64,000 bases of DNA from Minisyncoccota bacterium (GTDB taxonomy: Bacteria > Patescibacteriota > Minisyncoccia > Phycocordibacterales > UBA1550): NCBI GenBank assembly GCA_023229865.1, contig JALNYL010000007.1, forward strand, positions 325 to 64,324, written 5' to 3'. The translations under genes and the position numbers were made by a program. Shown here piece by piece: positions 28,920-37,958 of the stretch; within the stretch, counting starts at the first letter, position 1; every line of letters starts with the position of its first letter. A model generated the notes under the pieces. That model made no database searches, was not told where the DNA came from, and was given only the letters and a program-made list of their open reading frames with translations.

Positions 28920-29525
28920 ATGCCGGATTTTCTTCATATCGACATTGCTAGTCTTGTGCAAGCGTTTGGGCTCCTTGGGCTCCTCGTCATCGTCTTTGTT
29001 GAGTCGGGTGTTTTCTTCGGTTTCTTTTTCCCGGGGGACAGTCTTCTTTTTACTGCGGGACTCCTTGCGTCACAGGGTTTTCTCAATATCTGGGCACTCC
29101 TCCTCCTTGTCCCCCTTGCGGCGATTCTCGGAGTTAACTTCGGCTATTGGTTTGGTAAAAAAGTTGGCCAGAAACTTTTTACGCGCGAGGATTCATTCTT
29201 TTTTGATAAGCAGCACATTGAACGTACGCGTGCCTTTTATGCAAAGCACGGCGTGAAGGCGATTGTACTTTCGCGTTTCACCCCCGTGGTGCGCACCTTC
29301 ACACCGATTCTCGCGGGGGTCGGAGAAATGCCCTACAAAATATTTATGAAGTTTAATATTCTTGGCGGACTCCTTTGGACGACGAGTATGCTCGGGCTCG
29401 GTTACTCTCTTGGAACCATTGTTCCTGATATCGATACGTATCTTTTGCCGATTGTTCTCCTTATCATTTTCATCTCTTTTTTGCCGGTAATCCGAGAGGT
29501 TGTTAAAAATAAACAAGGTAAATAA
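28920..29525 (+). CDS. DedA/VTT-family membrane protein
   Basis: GFFFPGDSLLFTAGLLAS motif. Confidence 0.75.
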   Translation: MPDFLHIDIASLVQAFGLLGLLVIVFVESGVFFGFFFPGDSLLFTAGLLASQGFLNIWALLLLVPLAAILGVNFGYWFGKKVGQKLFTREDSFFFDKQHIERTRAFYAKHGVKAIVLSRFTPVVRTFTPILAGVGEMPYKIFMKFNILGGLLWTTSMLGLGYSLGTIVPDIDTYLLPIVLLIIFISFLPVIREVVKNKQGK

Positions 29526-29572
29526 AGGGGAGGGGCTGTGCAAAAAGTGGGTGCGGAGGTATACTAAAGGAA

Positions 29573-30652
29573 ATGGCGCGCAGTAAATTTTACCAATTTT
29601 TTCCTCCACCACAGTTCGTTCAGATGCCTGCGGTGGGTCTCGACATCTCGGATACCTCGATGCGCTTTGTCGAGCTTGTTGAAAAGCGCAAGGGTTTTGT
29701 AATCGGTGCCTTTGGAGAATACGGGATTCCACAAGGGGTTATTGAATCAGGCGAAGTGAAAAAGCCAGAAGAGCTTCGCGCTCTTTTTCTTGAGCTCAAA
29801 AAAGAACACCCAGAGCTCGAATTCGTTTCCGTGTCGCTTCCTGAAGAAAAAGCGTATCTCTTTGAGTTGCGTTTGCCTATTATGAAGTACAGCGAGGTTC
29901 GTGGTTCTATTGAGTTTGGACTTGAAGAGCACGTCCCCCTCACTGCAGCCGAAGCACTTTTTGATTACGAGATTATCAAGGAGGACAATGCAAGTATCTA
30001 TGCGAGTGTTTCTGTCGTCCCCCGCACACTTGTCGAAGGATATCTAGAAGCGTTCAAGGAGACGGGGATTACCCCAATAGCGTTTGAGATGGAGGCGCAC
30101 TCTTTGGCTCGCGCGGTTATTCCGCGAGGGGATACAGAGACATGCATGATCGTTGATTTCGGTAAGACACGTACGGGGATCGCAATAATTTCCGACGGGG
30201 TTGTGCAATTTACATCGACCATCCCTGTCGGGGGAACCTCTCTCACTGAGTCCATTGCAAAAAATCTTAAGATTGCATACGATGAAGCAGAGAAAATAAA
30301 ACGAGAGAAGGGGATTTCGGGGAGTAGTGGAGACGAAAATCTTTTTCTCGCTGTAATGTCGACGATCTCGGTTCTTCGTGAGGAGATCAATAAACATCAG
30401 ACATATTGGCAAGAGCACGCAGATAGTTATGGCAACAGGCGCCTCCCTATCAAAAAAATATACCTTTGCGGAGGGGACTCAGTGCTCGCCGGTTTCCCCG
30501 GATTTCTTGCTACGGGACTTTCTTCTCCTGTTGAGCTTTCCAATACCATGGTGAATGTAAACACTCTTGAAGACTACATCCCAGAAATAAGTTTTAACGA
30601 TTCATTGCGTTATGCAGCAGCGCTCGGTCTTGCGTTGCGCCGTCCTCAATAA
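29573..30652 (+). CDS. pilM: Type IV pilus assembly protein PilM
   Basis: Actin-like ATPase fold. N-terminal VGLDISDTSMRFVEL. Confidence 0.7.
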   Translation: MARSKFYQFFPPPQFVQMPAVGLDISDTSMRFVELVEKRKGFVIGAFGEYGIPQGVIESGEVKKPEELRALFLELKKEHPELEFVSVSLPEEKAYLFELRLPIMKYSEVRGSIEFGLEEHVPLTAAEALFDYEIIKEDNASIYASVSVVPRTLVEGYLEAFKETGITPIAFEMEAHSLARAVIPRGDTETCMIVDFGKTRTGIAIISDGVVQFTSTIPVGGTSLTESIAKNLKIAYDEAEKIKREKGISGSSGDENLFLAVMSTISVLREEINKHQTYWQEHADSYGNRRLPIKKIYLCGGDSVLAGFPGFLATGLSSPVELSNTMVNVNTLEDYIPEISFNDSLRYAAALGLALRRPQ

Positions 30653-30660
30653 TTATCATC

Positions 30661-31224
30661 ATGCTCAATCTCCTCTCTACAGAAGAAAAGAAAAAAGTAT
30701 TGAATGAATATCGCCTTCGTCTTGCGGTTATTGTGACGCTTGCTGTCGGGGTGCTTGTCCTCGCAAGTTTTGAACTCCTCATTCCTTCATATGTGCTTGC
30801 TTCGTTGAAATATAGTAATGCGCAAAAAAATATTGTTGTCTTGGAAGAAAAATACGGAAGCAATGCTAAAGAAAAAGAATTGGCCGAGCAGGTGCGCAAC
30901 ACCAATATGAAGGTTGCGACGCTGACTGACACAACCGCGGATACCCGCCTCCTTTTCTCGCAGATTGTCGCGAACACACTAAAGGTTAAGGGGGACGAAA
31001 TCAAAATAACGGGATTTAGGTATGATGCTTCCTCAGCCCAGGAAAGAATATCTGTTTCGGGGACCGCACGTCATCGTGACAGTTTGGCTGCGTTTGTTGA
31101 TGCTCTCAAAAAAGACACAACATATTCCAGCGTCACCTTTCCGATTTCTAGTTATGTCAAAAGCGAAGATATTAGTTTTTCTGTAATATTGGACCGTAAG
31201 GCGGCAGCCACAAAAAAGAAATAA
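30661..31224 (+). CDS. PilN-like bitopic membrane protein
   Basis: Single TM helix after a short cytoplasmic N-terminus. Position after pilM. Confidence 0.45.
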   Translation: MLNLLSTEEKKKVLNEYRLRLAVIVTLAVGVLVLASFELLIPSYVLASLKYSNAQKNIVVLEEKYGSNAKEKELAEQVRNTNMKVATLTDTTADTRLLFSQIVANTLKVKGDEIKITGFRYDASSAQERISVSGTARHRDSLAAFVDALKKDTTYSSVTFPISSYVKSEDISFSVILDRKAAATKKK

Positions 31225-31225
31225 C

Positions 31226-31762
31226 ATGTTTAAAACAAAACAAAAAACATTAATTCTTTTGGGGATCGCATCGGTCTTTATGCTTGGAAGTATCGGAGGT
31301 TATGCTGCGCTCTTTTTTGCGATCAAAGATAAAACAATAGCAACCACCCCTCTCGTTGAAAAAATAGACGAGCTCTCAAATAGAGAAGCGCGCATCACTG
31401 CTTCTATTGCAACCCTGCGTGCTGAGAATGAAAAAGTAGAAAAACTTTTTGCCTACTTCTTTAAAGAAAATGATATCGTCACGTTTGCAAAAAAGATAGA
31501 GCTCCTGGGGATTGAGTCAGGGGCAGAAGTTACTCTTGATGGACTTGAACAAGCCATTGTCAACAAAACAACGCCCACACTCAGCTTCCGTATTTCTGCG
31601 TTAGGGGGATTTGATAACATTCAGCGACTCATGCTCCTCCTAGAAAATTTCCCCGGCAAACTAGAATGGAAATCAGCAAGCGTCACAAGGAGCAATCAGA
31701 CGCTCCCCGCAGAGTGGCGTTTTGATGCGTCGCTTACGATGCGTAATTTCCTTAATGAATAA
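31226..31762 (+). CDS. PilO-like bitopic membrane protein
   Basis: TM helix plus coiled coil. Operon position. Confidence 0.4.
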   Translation: MFKTKQKTLILLGIASVFMLGSIGGYAALFFAIKDKTIATTPLVEKIDELSNREARITASIATLRAENEKVEKLFAYFFKENDIVTFAKKIELLGIESGAEVTLDGLEQAIVNKTTPTLSFRISALGGFDNIQRLMLLLENFPGKLEWKSASVTRSNQTLPAEWRFDASLTMRNFLNE

Positions 31763-31766
31763 CATT

Positions 31767-32099
31767 ATGTTAAAAAAAGATTGGAAAAAAGAATTAAAAA
31801 AATTAACCTTCTCGCGTGGGAAAGATAGCCTTCGTATGGAGCTAACGCCTTTTCGTGATTGGCGTATCATTGTGGTTACCTTCTTCCTCTCCCTTTTTCT
31901 TTCTGTTGGGTTCAATATCTACATTTCTTCAGAAGCAAACCGCGATGCCTTCTTCTCTGCGGAGGCAAAGCAGACCGTTGGTGTTATAAAATTTAACCAA
32001 GACGCACTCGCTAAAGTTATTAAAGAGATAGATGACAAGGCGACGCGCTATGAAAAAGTGAAGACTGAGCAAATGTTACTGATTGACCCATCCCTTTAG
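31767..32099 (+). CDS. Hypothetical small membrane protein, fourth gene of the pilMNO operon
   Basis: ATG 4 nt after the PilO stop. One TM helix. Confidence 0.3.
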   Translation: MLKKDWKKELKKLTFSRGKDSLRMELTPFRDWRIIVVTFFLSLFLSVGFNIYISSEANRDAFFSAEAKQTVGVIKFNQDALAKVIKEIDDKATRYEKVKTEQMLLIDPSL

Positions 32100-32127
32100 T
32101 ATTGCTAGAGTGCTGAAAGGACAATCT

Positions 32128-32202
32128 GCCCCTGTAGTTAAATGGATATAACTGCGGACTTCTAAGCCGTTATTCGAGGTTCGATTCCTCGCGGGGGCAC
32201 CA
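32128..32202 (+). tRNA. tRNA-Arg (anticodon TCT), CCA encoded
   Basis: GCCCCTGTAGTTAAATGG... Loop CTTCTAA. T-arm CGAGGTTCGATTCCTCG. Acceptor CGGGGGC + ACCA. Confidence 0.8.
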
Positions 32203-32206
32203 AGGC

Positions 32207-32251
32207 AAAACAAAATACTACCCAAGTTTCACTTGGGTAGTATTTTGTTTT
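32207..32251. terminator. Long perfect bidirectional hairpin (about 19-bp stem)
   Basis: AAAACAAAATACTACCCAAGTTTCACTTGGGTAGTATTTTGTTTT. Confidence 0.6.
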
Positions 32252-32269
32252 AGCAAGCAACCTGCGTTG

Positions 32270-32464
32270 CTTGCGTGCCTTGGTGCCCCCGCGTGGAATC
32301 GAACGAGAAGGGGGTCGGGGAAACATCTGTTTTCCCGTGGAGGAAGGATTGGGAAAACCGTGGGTTTCCCAGGAGTGAGATAGCGAAGCGTCCACGCGGC
32401 GGGGTCGAGAGTACTTAGTCCGCGCAAGATGTAATCATCTGAGCAGACTTAGTAACTCGTGACC
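32270..32464 (-). repeat. tRNA-3'-end-mimic element, family B (Arg-TCT partner)
   Basis: The 3' end (window 32281-32305) is the inverted copy of the tRNA-Arg 3' end including CCA. The 5' end is the 64-nt palindrome at 32401-32464. Confidence 0.5.
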
Positions 32465-32570
32465 ACAAGGTACCTCTGCTATCTTCCAATTCGTCGCCAC
32501 TGATTTTTTCGTACCTCAAAAATCAGGCTTCGCGGCGACTCGGTTCGAACCCCTCATCGCCACACAAACA
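32401..32570 (+). repeat. tRNA-3'-end-mimic element (Val partner), sharing the palindrome at 32401-32464 back-to-back with the previous element
   Basis: The 3' end GGTTCGAACCCCTCATCGCCACA matches the tRNA-Val 3' end with one mismatch and one deleted nt. Confidence 0.4.
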
Positions 32571-32609
32571 AAAAGACGAGAACGCAGAAGCGTTCTCGTC
32601 TAATGTTTG

Positions 32610-32682
32610 TGGGCGATGAGGGATTCGAACCCCCGACCTTCGCTGTGTAAAAGCGCTGCTCTACCAACTGAGCTAATCGCCC
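32610..32682 (-). tRNA. tRNA-Val (anticodon TAC)
   Basis: GGGCGATTAGCTCAGTTGGTAGAGC... Loop TTTACAC. T-loop GGTTCGAATCC. Confidence 0.85.
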
Positions 32683-32771
32683 TCTATTTCCTTGGTTCCA
32701 ACACAATATCACGAACCTCATTTATCTTCAAGTCCTTGCGTTTTGGAGCTTGGCACGTTAGGGTAATTGAT

Positions 32772-33047
32772 ATGCAAAAGCGCCTTGAGTCAAAAATTGC
32801 TGGCCGTGTGCAGATGGTTATGTTTCGTGACTTCACGACGCGAAAGGCGCGAGCCCTAGGCCTCGTCGGCACTGTCCGCAACAATCCAGATAGCACCGTT
32901 TCAGTGATTGCAGAAGGAGAAGAAGAGAAACTTCAAGAACTCCTCAGGCTCTTAAAAAAAGGTTCCGTACTTTCGCGTGTCGACGAAGTGACCGAGAAGT
33001 GGTCGGAGTGCTTGGGGGGTTATAAGAATTTTGATATTCTGTATTAG
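32772..33047 (+). CDS. acyP: Acylphosphatase
   Basis: GRVQMVMFRDFT motif. Length 91 aa. The upstream ORF extension lies over the tRNA. Confidence 0.8.
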   Translation: MQKRLESKIAGRVQMVMFRDFTTRKARALGLVGTVRNNPDSTVSVIAEGEEEKLQELLRLLKKGSVLSRVDEVTEKWSECLGGYKNFDILY

Positions 33048-33190
33048 TAGTCGCCCACGCATCCACAGCTACTTTGTTGCAGGTGTACAATTTTTTGTCA
33101 CCATAGCAAAAGTATGGCTCCAGAAAATTATACACCTGCGCCTCGTACCTGTGGCGCCTGAGCAACTACATTTTAGGAGAAAATATTTAC

Positions 33191-33871
33191 ATGTCAGAAC
33201 AAAAAATCAATTGTGTCGCGGTCATCATGGACGGCAATCGCCGCTGGGCCCGCGCACACAACAAACCAACTCTCGAGGGACACAGCGAAGGATACAAAAA
33301 ACTCCAAGATGTTGTCGGCTGGGCTCGTGAAGCAGGGGTCCCGCACATTATCGCATTCGCATTCTCCACAGAAAACTGGCAGCGCAGCGAAGATGAAGTC
33401 GGCTACCTCATGAAGCTCTTCAACTCAGTGCTTGAAAACGAAACAGAAAAAATGATTCGTGAGCGCATCCGCATTCGTTTTGTTGGCGACCGCGACCGCT
33501 TCGCGGAAGATGTGCGCGCAAAAATGGAGAAAATGGAAGAAGCGACTTCGAAAAATTTTGACATCACGCTTCATCTTGCAATGTCGTATGGTGGACGAGC
33601 AGAAATCCTTGCCGTGACAAATACCCTTATTGCAAAAGGGCAACCAGCTACCGAAGAAGATTTTTCAAAAGCGCTTTGGACAAGCGATATGCCCGACCCT
33701 GATATCCTTATTCGTACAGGAGGGGAGCATAGACTCTCGGGTTTCCTCCCGTGGCAGTCGGTGTATAGCGAGCTCTTTTTTGTGGACGCATATTGGCCAG
33801 AGTTTTCAGAAGAGATCTTTACTAATATTCTCAAAGAGTTCAAGGACCGTGAACGTCGCATGGGGAAGTAG
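33191..33871 (+). CDS. uppS: Undecaprenyl diphosphate synthase
   Basis: MDGNRRWA and DPDILIRTGGEHRLSGFLPWQ motifs. Confidence 0.9.
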   Translation: MSEQKINCVAVIMDGNRRWARAHNKPTLEGHSEGYKKLQDVVGWAREAGVPHIIAFAFSTENWQRSEDEVGYLMKLFNSVLENETEKMIRERIRIRFVGDRDRFAEDVRAKMEKMEEATSKNFDITLHLAMSYGGRAEILAVTNTLIAKGQPATEEDFSKALWTSDMPDPDILIRTGGEHRLSGFLPWQSVYSELFFVDAYWPEFSEEIFTNILKEFKDRERRMGK

Positions 33872-33882
33872 CTACTACTAAT

Positions 33883-34635
33883 ATGAACATCCCAATTTTA
33901 TACGAAGATGATGAAGTGCTCGCAATCAATAAACCTGCGGGGCTTGTTGTGCATCCCGATGGCCGCAGCTCAGAGCACACACTCTCTGATTGGCTCATTG
34001 AAAAGTACCCCAACATCCGTGGCGTAGGGGAAACGATCAACCTCACAAACGGGGGTGTGATTGAAAAGTGGGGCATCGTGCATCGCATTGATCGCGACAC
34101 CTCAGGTGTGCTTCTTGTCGCAAAGACACAGGAGTCATTTTTGAATTTGAAATCACAGTTTCAAGGGCGCACTATTAAAAAATCTTACCGCACGATTGCG
34201 CAGGGTTTTTTCAAGGAGAAATCAGGAACAATTAATCTTCCCATCGGTCGCTCAAAGAGCGATTTCCGTAGATGGTCGGCTGAGTATGGCGCTCGTGGCG
34301 AGCTTCGTGAAGCAGTGACGGATTACAAAGTGCTCGGAGAGGGGATGGTGACATTGCCAAAGAAAAAAGAAGTAGTGAGACTCACCTTCCTTGAGATAAA
34401 TCCTCACACGGGTCGCACCCACCAGATCCGCGTCCACCTAAAAGCCGTTGGGCACCCTATTTTGAGTGATGCGCTGTATTCACCAAAGTCGCCCAAGGTG
34501 CTTGGTTTTGAACGTATTGCCCTCCATGCTTTTTCTGTGGTTTTTAAAGGGCTCGATGGGGTGGAGCACAAGGTTGAAGCCCCTCTTCCTGACGATTTTT
34601 CCCGCGCTATTGCAGAACTTGGCCTCGTATGCTAG
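33883..34635 (+). CDS. RluA-family pseudouridine synthase
   Basis: Catalytic HRIDRDTSGVLLVAK. Confidence 0.85.
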   Translation: MNIPILYEDDEVLAINKPAGLVVHPDGRSSEHTLSDWLIEKYPNIRGVGETINLTNGGVIEKWGIVHRIDRDTSGVLLVAKTQESFLNLKSQFQGRTIKKSYRTIAQGFFKEKSGTINLPIGRSKSDFRRWSAEYGARGELREAVTDYKVLGEGMVTLPKKKEVVRLTFLEINPHTGRTHQIRVHLKAVGHPILSDALYSPKSPKVLGFERIALHAFSVVFKGLDGVEHKVEAPLPDDFSRAIAELGLVC

Positions 34636-34673
34636 AGTAGCCCAATATCTTTCAGGGAAAACTAATTAATAAT

Positions 34674-35099
34674 ATGGAAAATACAACGATTCAAATGAGC
34701 CCCGTAGCAGTAGCAAGCCGCAAGGATTTGCCTATTCGCGCTGGCGCAACCGTAAAGGTACACCTCAAGATTGAGGAAAAAGGTAAGGTTCGTATGCAGA
34801 TCTTTGAGGGCCTCGTACTTGCGGTAAAGGGTGGCAAGGGCAATGGTGCTATGTTCACCGTGCGCAAGGTTGCCTCAGGTGTAGGCGTTGAAAAGATTTT
34901 CCCCCTCTACTCACCATCAATCGAAAAGATTGAAATCGTTCGTCAGTCAGACGTTCGCCGTGCAAAGCTCTACTTCGTTCGCGGAAAGGTAGCTCGCGAT
35001 GTAAAGCGCAAGATGCGTCACACAAAGACTGGTGTAACCGTCCCTGTTCAGGAAGGAGAAGTTGCAGAGGAGGTGACTGCAGAGGAAGCGATTGCATAA
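34674..35099 (+). CDS. rplS: 50S ribosomal protein L19 with a C-terminal extension
   Basis: L19 core VKVHLKIEEKGKVRMQIFEGLVLAVKG... Confidence 0.85.
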   Translation: MENTTIQMSPVAVASRKDLPIRAGATVKVHLKIEEKGKVRMQIFEGLVLAVKGGKGNGAMFTVRKVASGVGVEKIFPLYSPSIEKIEIVRQSDVRRAKLYFVRGKVARDVKRKMRHTKTGVTVPVQEGEVAEEVTAEEAIA

Positions 35100-35109
35100 T
35101 TAAATCTCA

Positions 35110-35141
35110 GAAAAGGCGGTGCCGAGCGGCACCGCCTTTTT
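35110..35141 (+). terminator. Intrinsic terminator
   Basis: AAAAGGCGGTGCCGAGCGGCACCGCCTTTTT. Confidence 0.6.
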
Positions 35142-35200
35142 GCTTGAAAAATTTCGTCCTTTGGGGTATAGTGGCAAAACCTCAAGGACAGAAGAAATAT

Positions 35201-35284
35201 GCGCAGGTGGCGAAATTGGTAGACGCACTACCTTGAGGTGGTAGCGCCTTCACGGGCATGGAGGTTCAAGTCCTCTCCTGCGCA
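35201..35284 (+). tRNA. tRNA-Leu (anticodon GAG)
   Basis: Loop TTGAGGT. Long variable arm. Acceptor GCGCAGG/CCTGCGC. Confidence 0.85.
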
Positions 35285-35324
35285 CAAAATTAAAAGCCCC
35301 GACTCATGCGAGTCGGGGCTTTTA

Positions 35325-35485
35325 ATTTTGTGCGCAGGAAGCAAGACGCTGGTGCGTCTTGCGTGAGGACTTGAAAGCCGGAACCATACCGAGTGCAACG
35401 AGGTAGGTGAGGCGGGGTAGCGGATACTTAGTCCGCGGAAGGTGTAATCACCTGAGCAGACTTAGTAATCCGTGACCAAGTCCTC
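35325..35485 (-). repeat. tRNA-3'-end-mimic element, family B (Leu partner)
   Basis: Inverted tRNA-Leu 3' end at 35329-35379 carrying an inserted small hairpin. 64-nt palindrome at 35414-35477. Flanking inverted repeat GAGGACTTG/CAAGTCCTC. Confidence 0.5.
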
Positions 35486-35503
35486 CCTCCATTTCGTTAC
35501 CCC

Positions 35504-35532
35504 TTGCATTTTTCTGCAAATATGTCATAATT
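35504..35532 (+). promoter_or_regulatory. Sigma70-like promoter plus leader hairpin for the 35609 gene
   Basis: TTGCAT, 17 nt, ATAATT. Leader hairpin ATTAAGGC...GCCTTAAT. Confidence 0.4.
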
Positions 35533-35608
35533 TATCTCAGCATTAAGGCATCAATTTAGCCTTAATCCCAGATCTTTTTACAGTCAACAAACGAAAGAGG
35601 AGAACAAC

Positions 35609-36049
35609 ATGGGTATCAAAACTGCGCCTACTACTGACCACATTGATGTGGAAGGGCTCGTCAAAGAACTGCTCACTGCCTGCAACTTCGTGTCGATAGG
35701 GAAAAATGCCTGGCAGGCATTGCCTGTCGACAATTCCAAAAAGGTTCTCGGACGGGAGGCAAAATCCATTGGTGTGCGTATTCAGCGCATCAAGCCCCGG
35801 TATATCCCGACGACATGGTTCGGTAAGCTGATGCAGCGTATCAACAATGCCCTCGAGCCGGTCGTCGAAATCGAACCGCTCTATGTGCATGCGCGTCATC
35901 ATCAAGTGGTGACCAAGGTGGTCGTCGGGCGTCGGAAATTTTCGAATCCCAATGACTCGCTCTTGCTCTACCCGTTCCGCCGCGATCTCAGGGAAATTTT
36001 CGACAAGATCAATGATCTTCTCCCTTCCGACACGAAGACCATTTCGTGA
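35609..36049 (+). CDS. Hypothetical protein
   Basis: Strong RBS GAGGAG. The overlapping 180-aa minus-strand ORF (35543-36085) is judged spurious. Confidence 0.4.
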   Translation: MGIKTAPTTDHIDVEGLVKELLTACNFVSIGKNAWQALPVDNSKKVLGREAKSIGVRIQRIKPRYIPTTWFGKLMQRINNALEPVVEIEPLYVHARHHQVVTKVVVGRRKFSNPNDSLLLYPFRRDLREIFDKINDLLPSDTKTIS

Positions 36050-36165
36050 CTGTCGTAGCACCATAGTGACCCGCACACAAAACATCGTGTGCGGGTTTTT
36101 CTTATTTCAAAAATTTAAATAAGAAAAAGGGCGGTCGCTTGGCGACCGCCCTTAAATATTGCTAC

Positions 36166-36891
36166 CTAGTGTTTATGATCACAGTCATGATGGTGATCGT
36201 GAGGATCGCCGTGCGCGCATTTCTGCCCGCGCCAGATTCTTGGCGACAGGATGAACATCATGTATCCCGCAAGTCCAAGTGATGCGACGTAGTCAGTGAG
36301 CTGGATGAAAAATTCATACGACCCACTTTCTAAATCAAGCAAGGCGGCAAACATTGCAAGGACTGCAACCGTCGAAATGATCCCACTATGCCATGCATCT
36401 GAACGCGCATGCACAATGAGGCCTTCGAGATTGCTATTCCCAGAGTGCCTGTTTGCTTTTGAGAGCATTCTTAGGCGAATCAGGTCAATGGTAAGTCCAA
36501 AGATTCCCACGGCAAGGATTGCTGGTAGCCATACAGGGTAACTTCCACTGTTCCATCGGTCGTATGCCTCACTTCCGATAATGAAAGCCCCGAGAATTAA
36601 AAGAGAGGAAATTGCCTTGTTCCCAATTGCACGCCACTCCTCCTCTTTTTTGGGGTTTCCCGCTGCTTTCTTTTCAATAGCTACTCCGACAAAATCGGCG
36701 CTCCCATCAGAAAGCGCATGGAGAGCGTCTGACCCTGCTGCCATGCTGAAGCGGTATCCAACGAGCCATTGTGTGAACCCTGCGATGAGCGCCAGAGTCC
36801 CTGTTGTTGCAAGAAGATTTGTCTTGCATATGCAAGGGTTAGTGGGGGCCATACAATTACTGAGCTTCCCCTCTGTAATGATTTCAAACAT
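36166..36891 (-). CDS. Cation diffusion facilitator-like metal transporter with a His-rich C-terminus
   Basis: TM domain with HALSDGSADF (HxxxD) motif. C-terminus HGDPHDHHHDCDHKH. RBS AGGTAGGTG before MFEIIT. Confidence 0.5.
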   Translation of the reverse strand: MFEIITEGKLSNCMAPTNPCICKTNLLATTGTLALIAGFTQWLVGYRFSMAAGSDALHALSDGSADFVGVAIEKKAAGNPKKEEEWRAIGNKAISSLLILGAFIIGSEAYDRWNSGSYPVWLPAILAVGIFGLTIDLIRLRMLSKANRHSGNSNLEGLIVHARSDAWHSGIISTVAVLAMFAALLDLESGSYEFFIQLTDYVASLGLAGYMMFILSPRIWRGQKCAHGDPHDHHHDCDHKH

Positions 36892-37025
36892 GCGGCACCT
36901 ACCTTTCTTTGAATGTTCAAACCTAATCGCATTACAGCAAAATAGGGTAGCATTGTCAATTTGAGAAAAGTTTGTTAGAGTAGGAACTCTCAAGAGGGCC
37001 CAGCTCTTTTGAGGAGAGAAAACAT

Positions 37026-37098
37026 GGTGGCTATGGTGTAATGGTTAACACTAGAGTTTGTGGAGCTCTCGATCTGGGTTCGATTCCCAGTAGTCACC
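37026..37098 (+). tRNA. tRNA-His (anticodon GTG) with encoded G-1 and C73 discriminator
   Basis: G-1 precedes GTGGCTA. Loop TTGTGGA. Acceptor TAGTCAC + C. Confidence 0.85.
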
Positions 37099-37196
37099 CA
37101 AAAATGAAAAACTAGACTTCTTGTCCAGTTTTTCTGTTTTTACCACCCTAGATTTGATATACTTATCTCACGATTTAATAGATAATTTTTTATATT

Positions 37197-37958
37197 ATGG
37201 ATGTCCTTATCACATATGTAGCGATTGGTTTCGTAGCGATAATCATTTCAAGTATCAAGCAGGTGAACCAATGGGAACGTGGCGTGAAGTTTACCCTCGG
37301 GCGTTTTACAGGTGTGGTCAATCCAGGCTGGCGCATCATCCTCCCGGTCATTCAGGGGATGAAAAAAGTTGATATCCGTTTGAAGACGATCGACGTGCCG
37401 TCACAAGAGGCGATTACTAAAGACAACGTCTCAGCAAAGATCAACGCCGTGATCTACTATCAGGTGACCGATTCCGCAAAAGCGATTGTTGATATTCAGG
37501 ACATCGACTACGCCGTGCTCCAGCTCGCGCAGACAACGATGCGTAACATTGCCGGCTCGGTAACCCTCGATGAACTCCTCGCTGAGCGCCAGAAGATTTC
37601 TGAGCAGATTGAAACCATTGTTGATTCTGCGACAGAGACATGGGGCGTCAAAGTGACCGCCGTCGAGCTCAAGGACATCGAGCTTCCAGAAAGCATGGTG
37701 CGCACGATTGCAAAGCAGGCAGAAGCAGAGCGCGAGCGACGCGCGGTCATCATTAGTTCTGAAGGTGAAGTGTCAGCTGCAGAAAATCTCGCACAAGCTG
37801 CTCGTGTACTCTCAGCAAGCACCGGAGCGCTCCATCTCCGAACACTCAACTCCATCAACGACATCTCCTCAGATCAATCAAACACCGTAGTCTTTGCAGT
37901 ACCTCTCGAGATAATGCAGGCATTCACGGGCTATATGAAAGGGAAGAGCGGAAATTAG
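37197..37958 (+). CDS. SPFH/Band 7 (stomatin/prohibitin-like) protein
   Basis: N-terminal TM helix followed by a PHB domain (VIYYQVTD...VELKDIELPE) and a coiled coil. Confidence 0.8.
   Translation: MDVLITYVAIGFVAIIISSIKQVNQWERGVKFTLGRFTGVVNPGWRIILPVIQGMKKVDIRLKTIDVPSQEAITKDNVSAKINAVIYYQVTDSAKAIVDIQDIDYAVLQLAQTTMRNIAGSVTLDELLAERQKISEQIETIVDSATETWGVKVTAVELKDIELPESMVRTIAKQAEAERERRAVIISSEGEVSAAENLAQAARVLSASTGALHLRTLNSINDISSDQSNTVVFAVPLEIMQAFTGYMKGKSGN

Noticed and set aside
32162-32700. ORFs 32162-32427 (-) and the N-terminal 55 codons of ORF 32607-33047
   Set aside because: Cover tRNA-Arg, the palindrome repeat and tRNA-Val. The real acylphosphatase starts at 32772.
35543-36085. 180-aa minus-strand ORF
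   Set aside because: Fully overlaps the plus-strand gene 35609-36049, which has a strong GAGGAG RBS, an upstream promoter and a downstream terminator in the correct orientation. The minus ORF has none.
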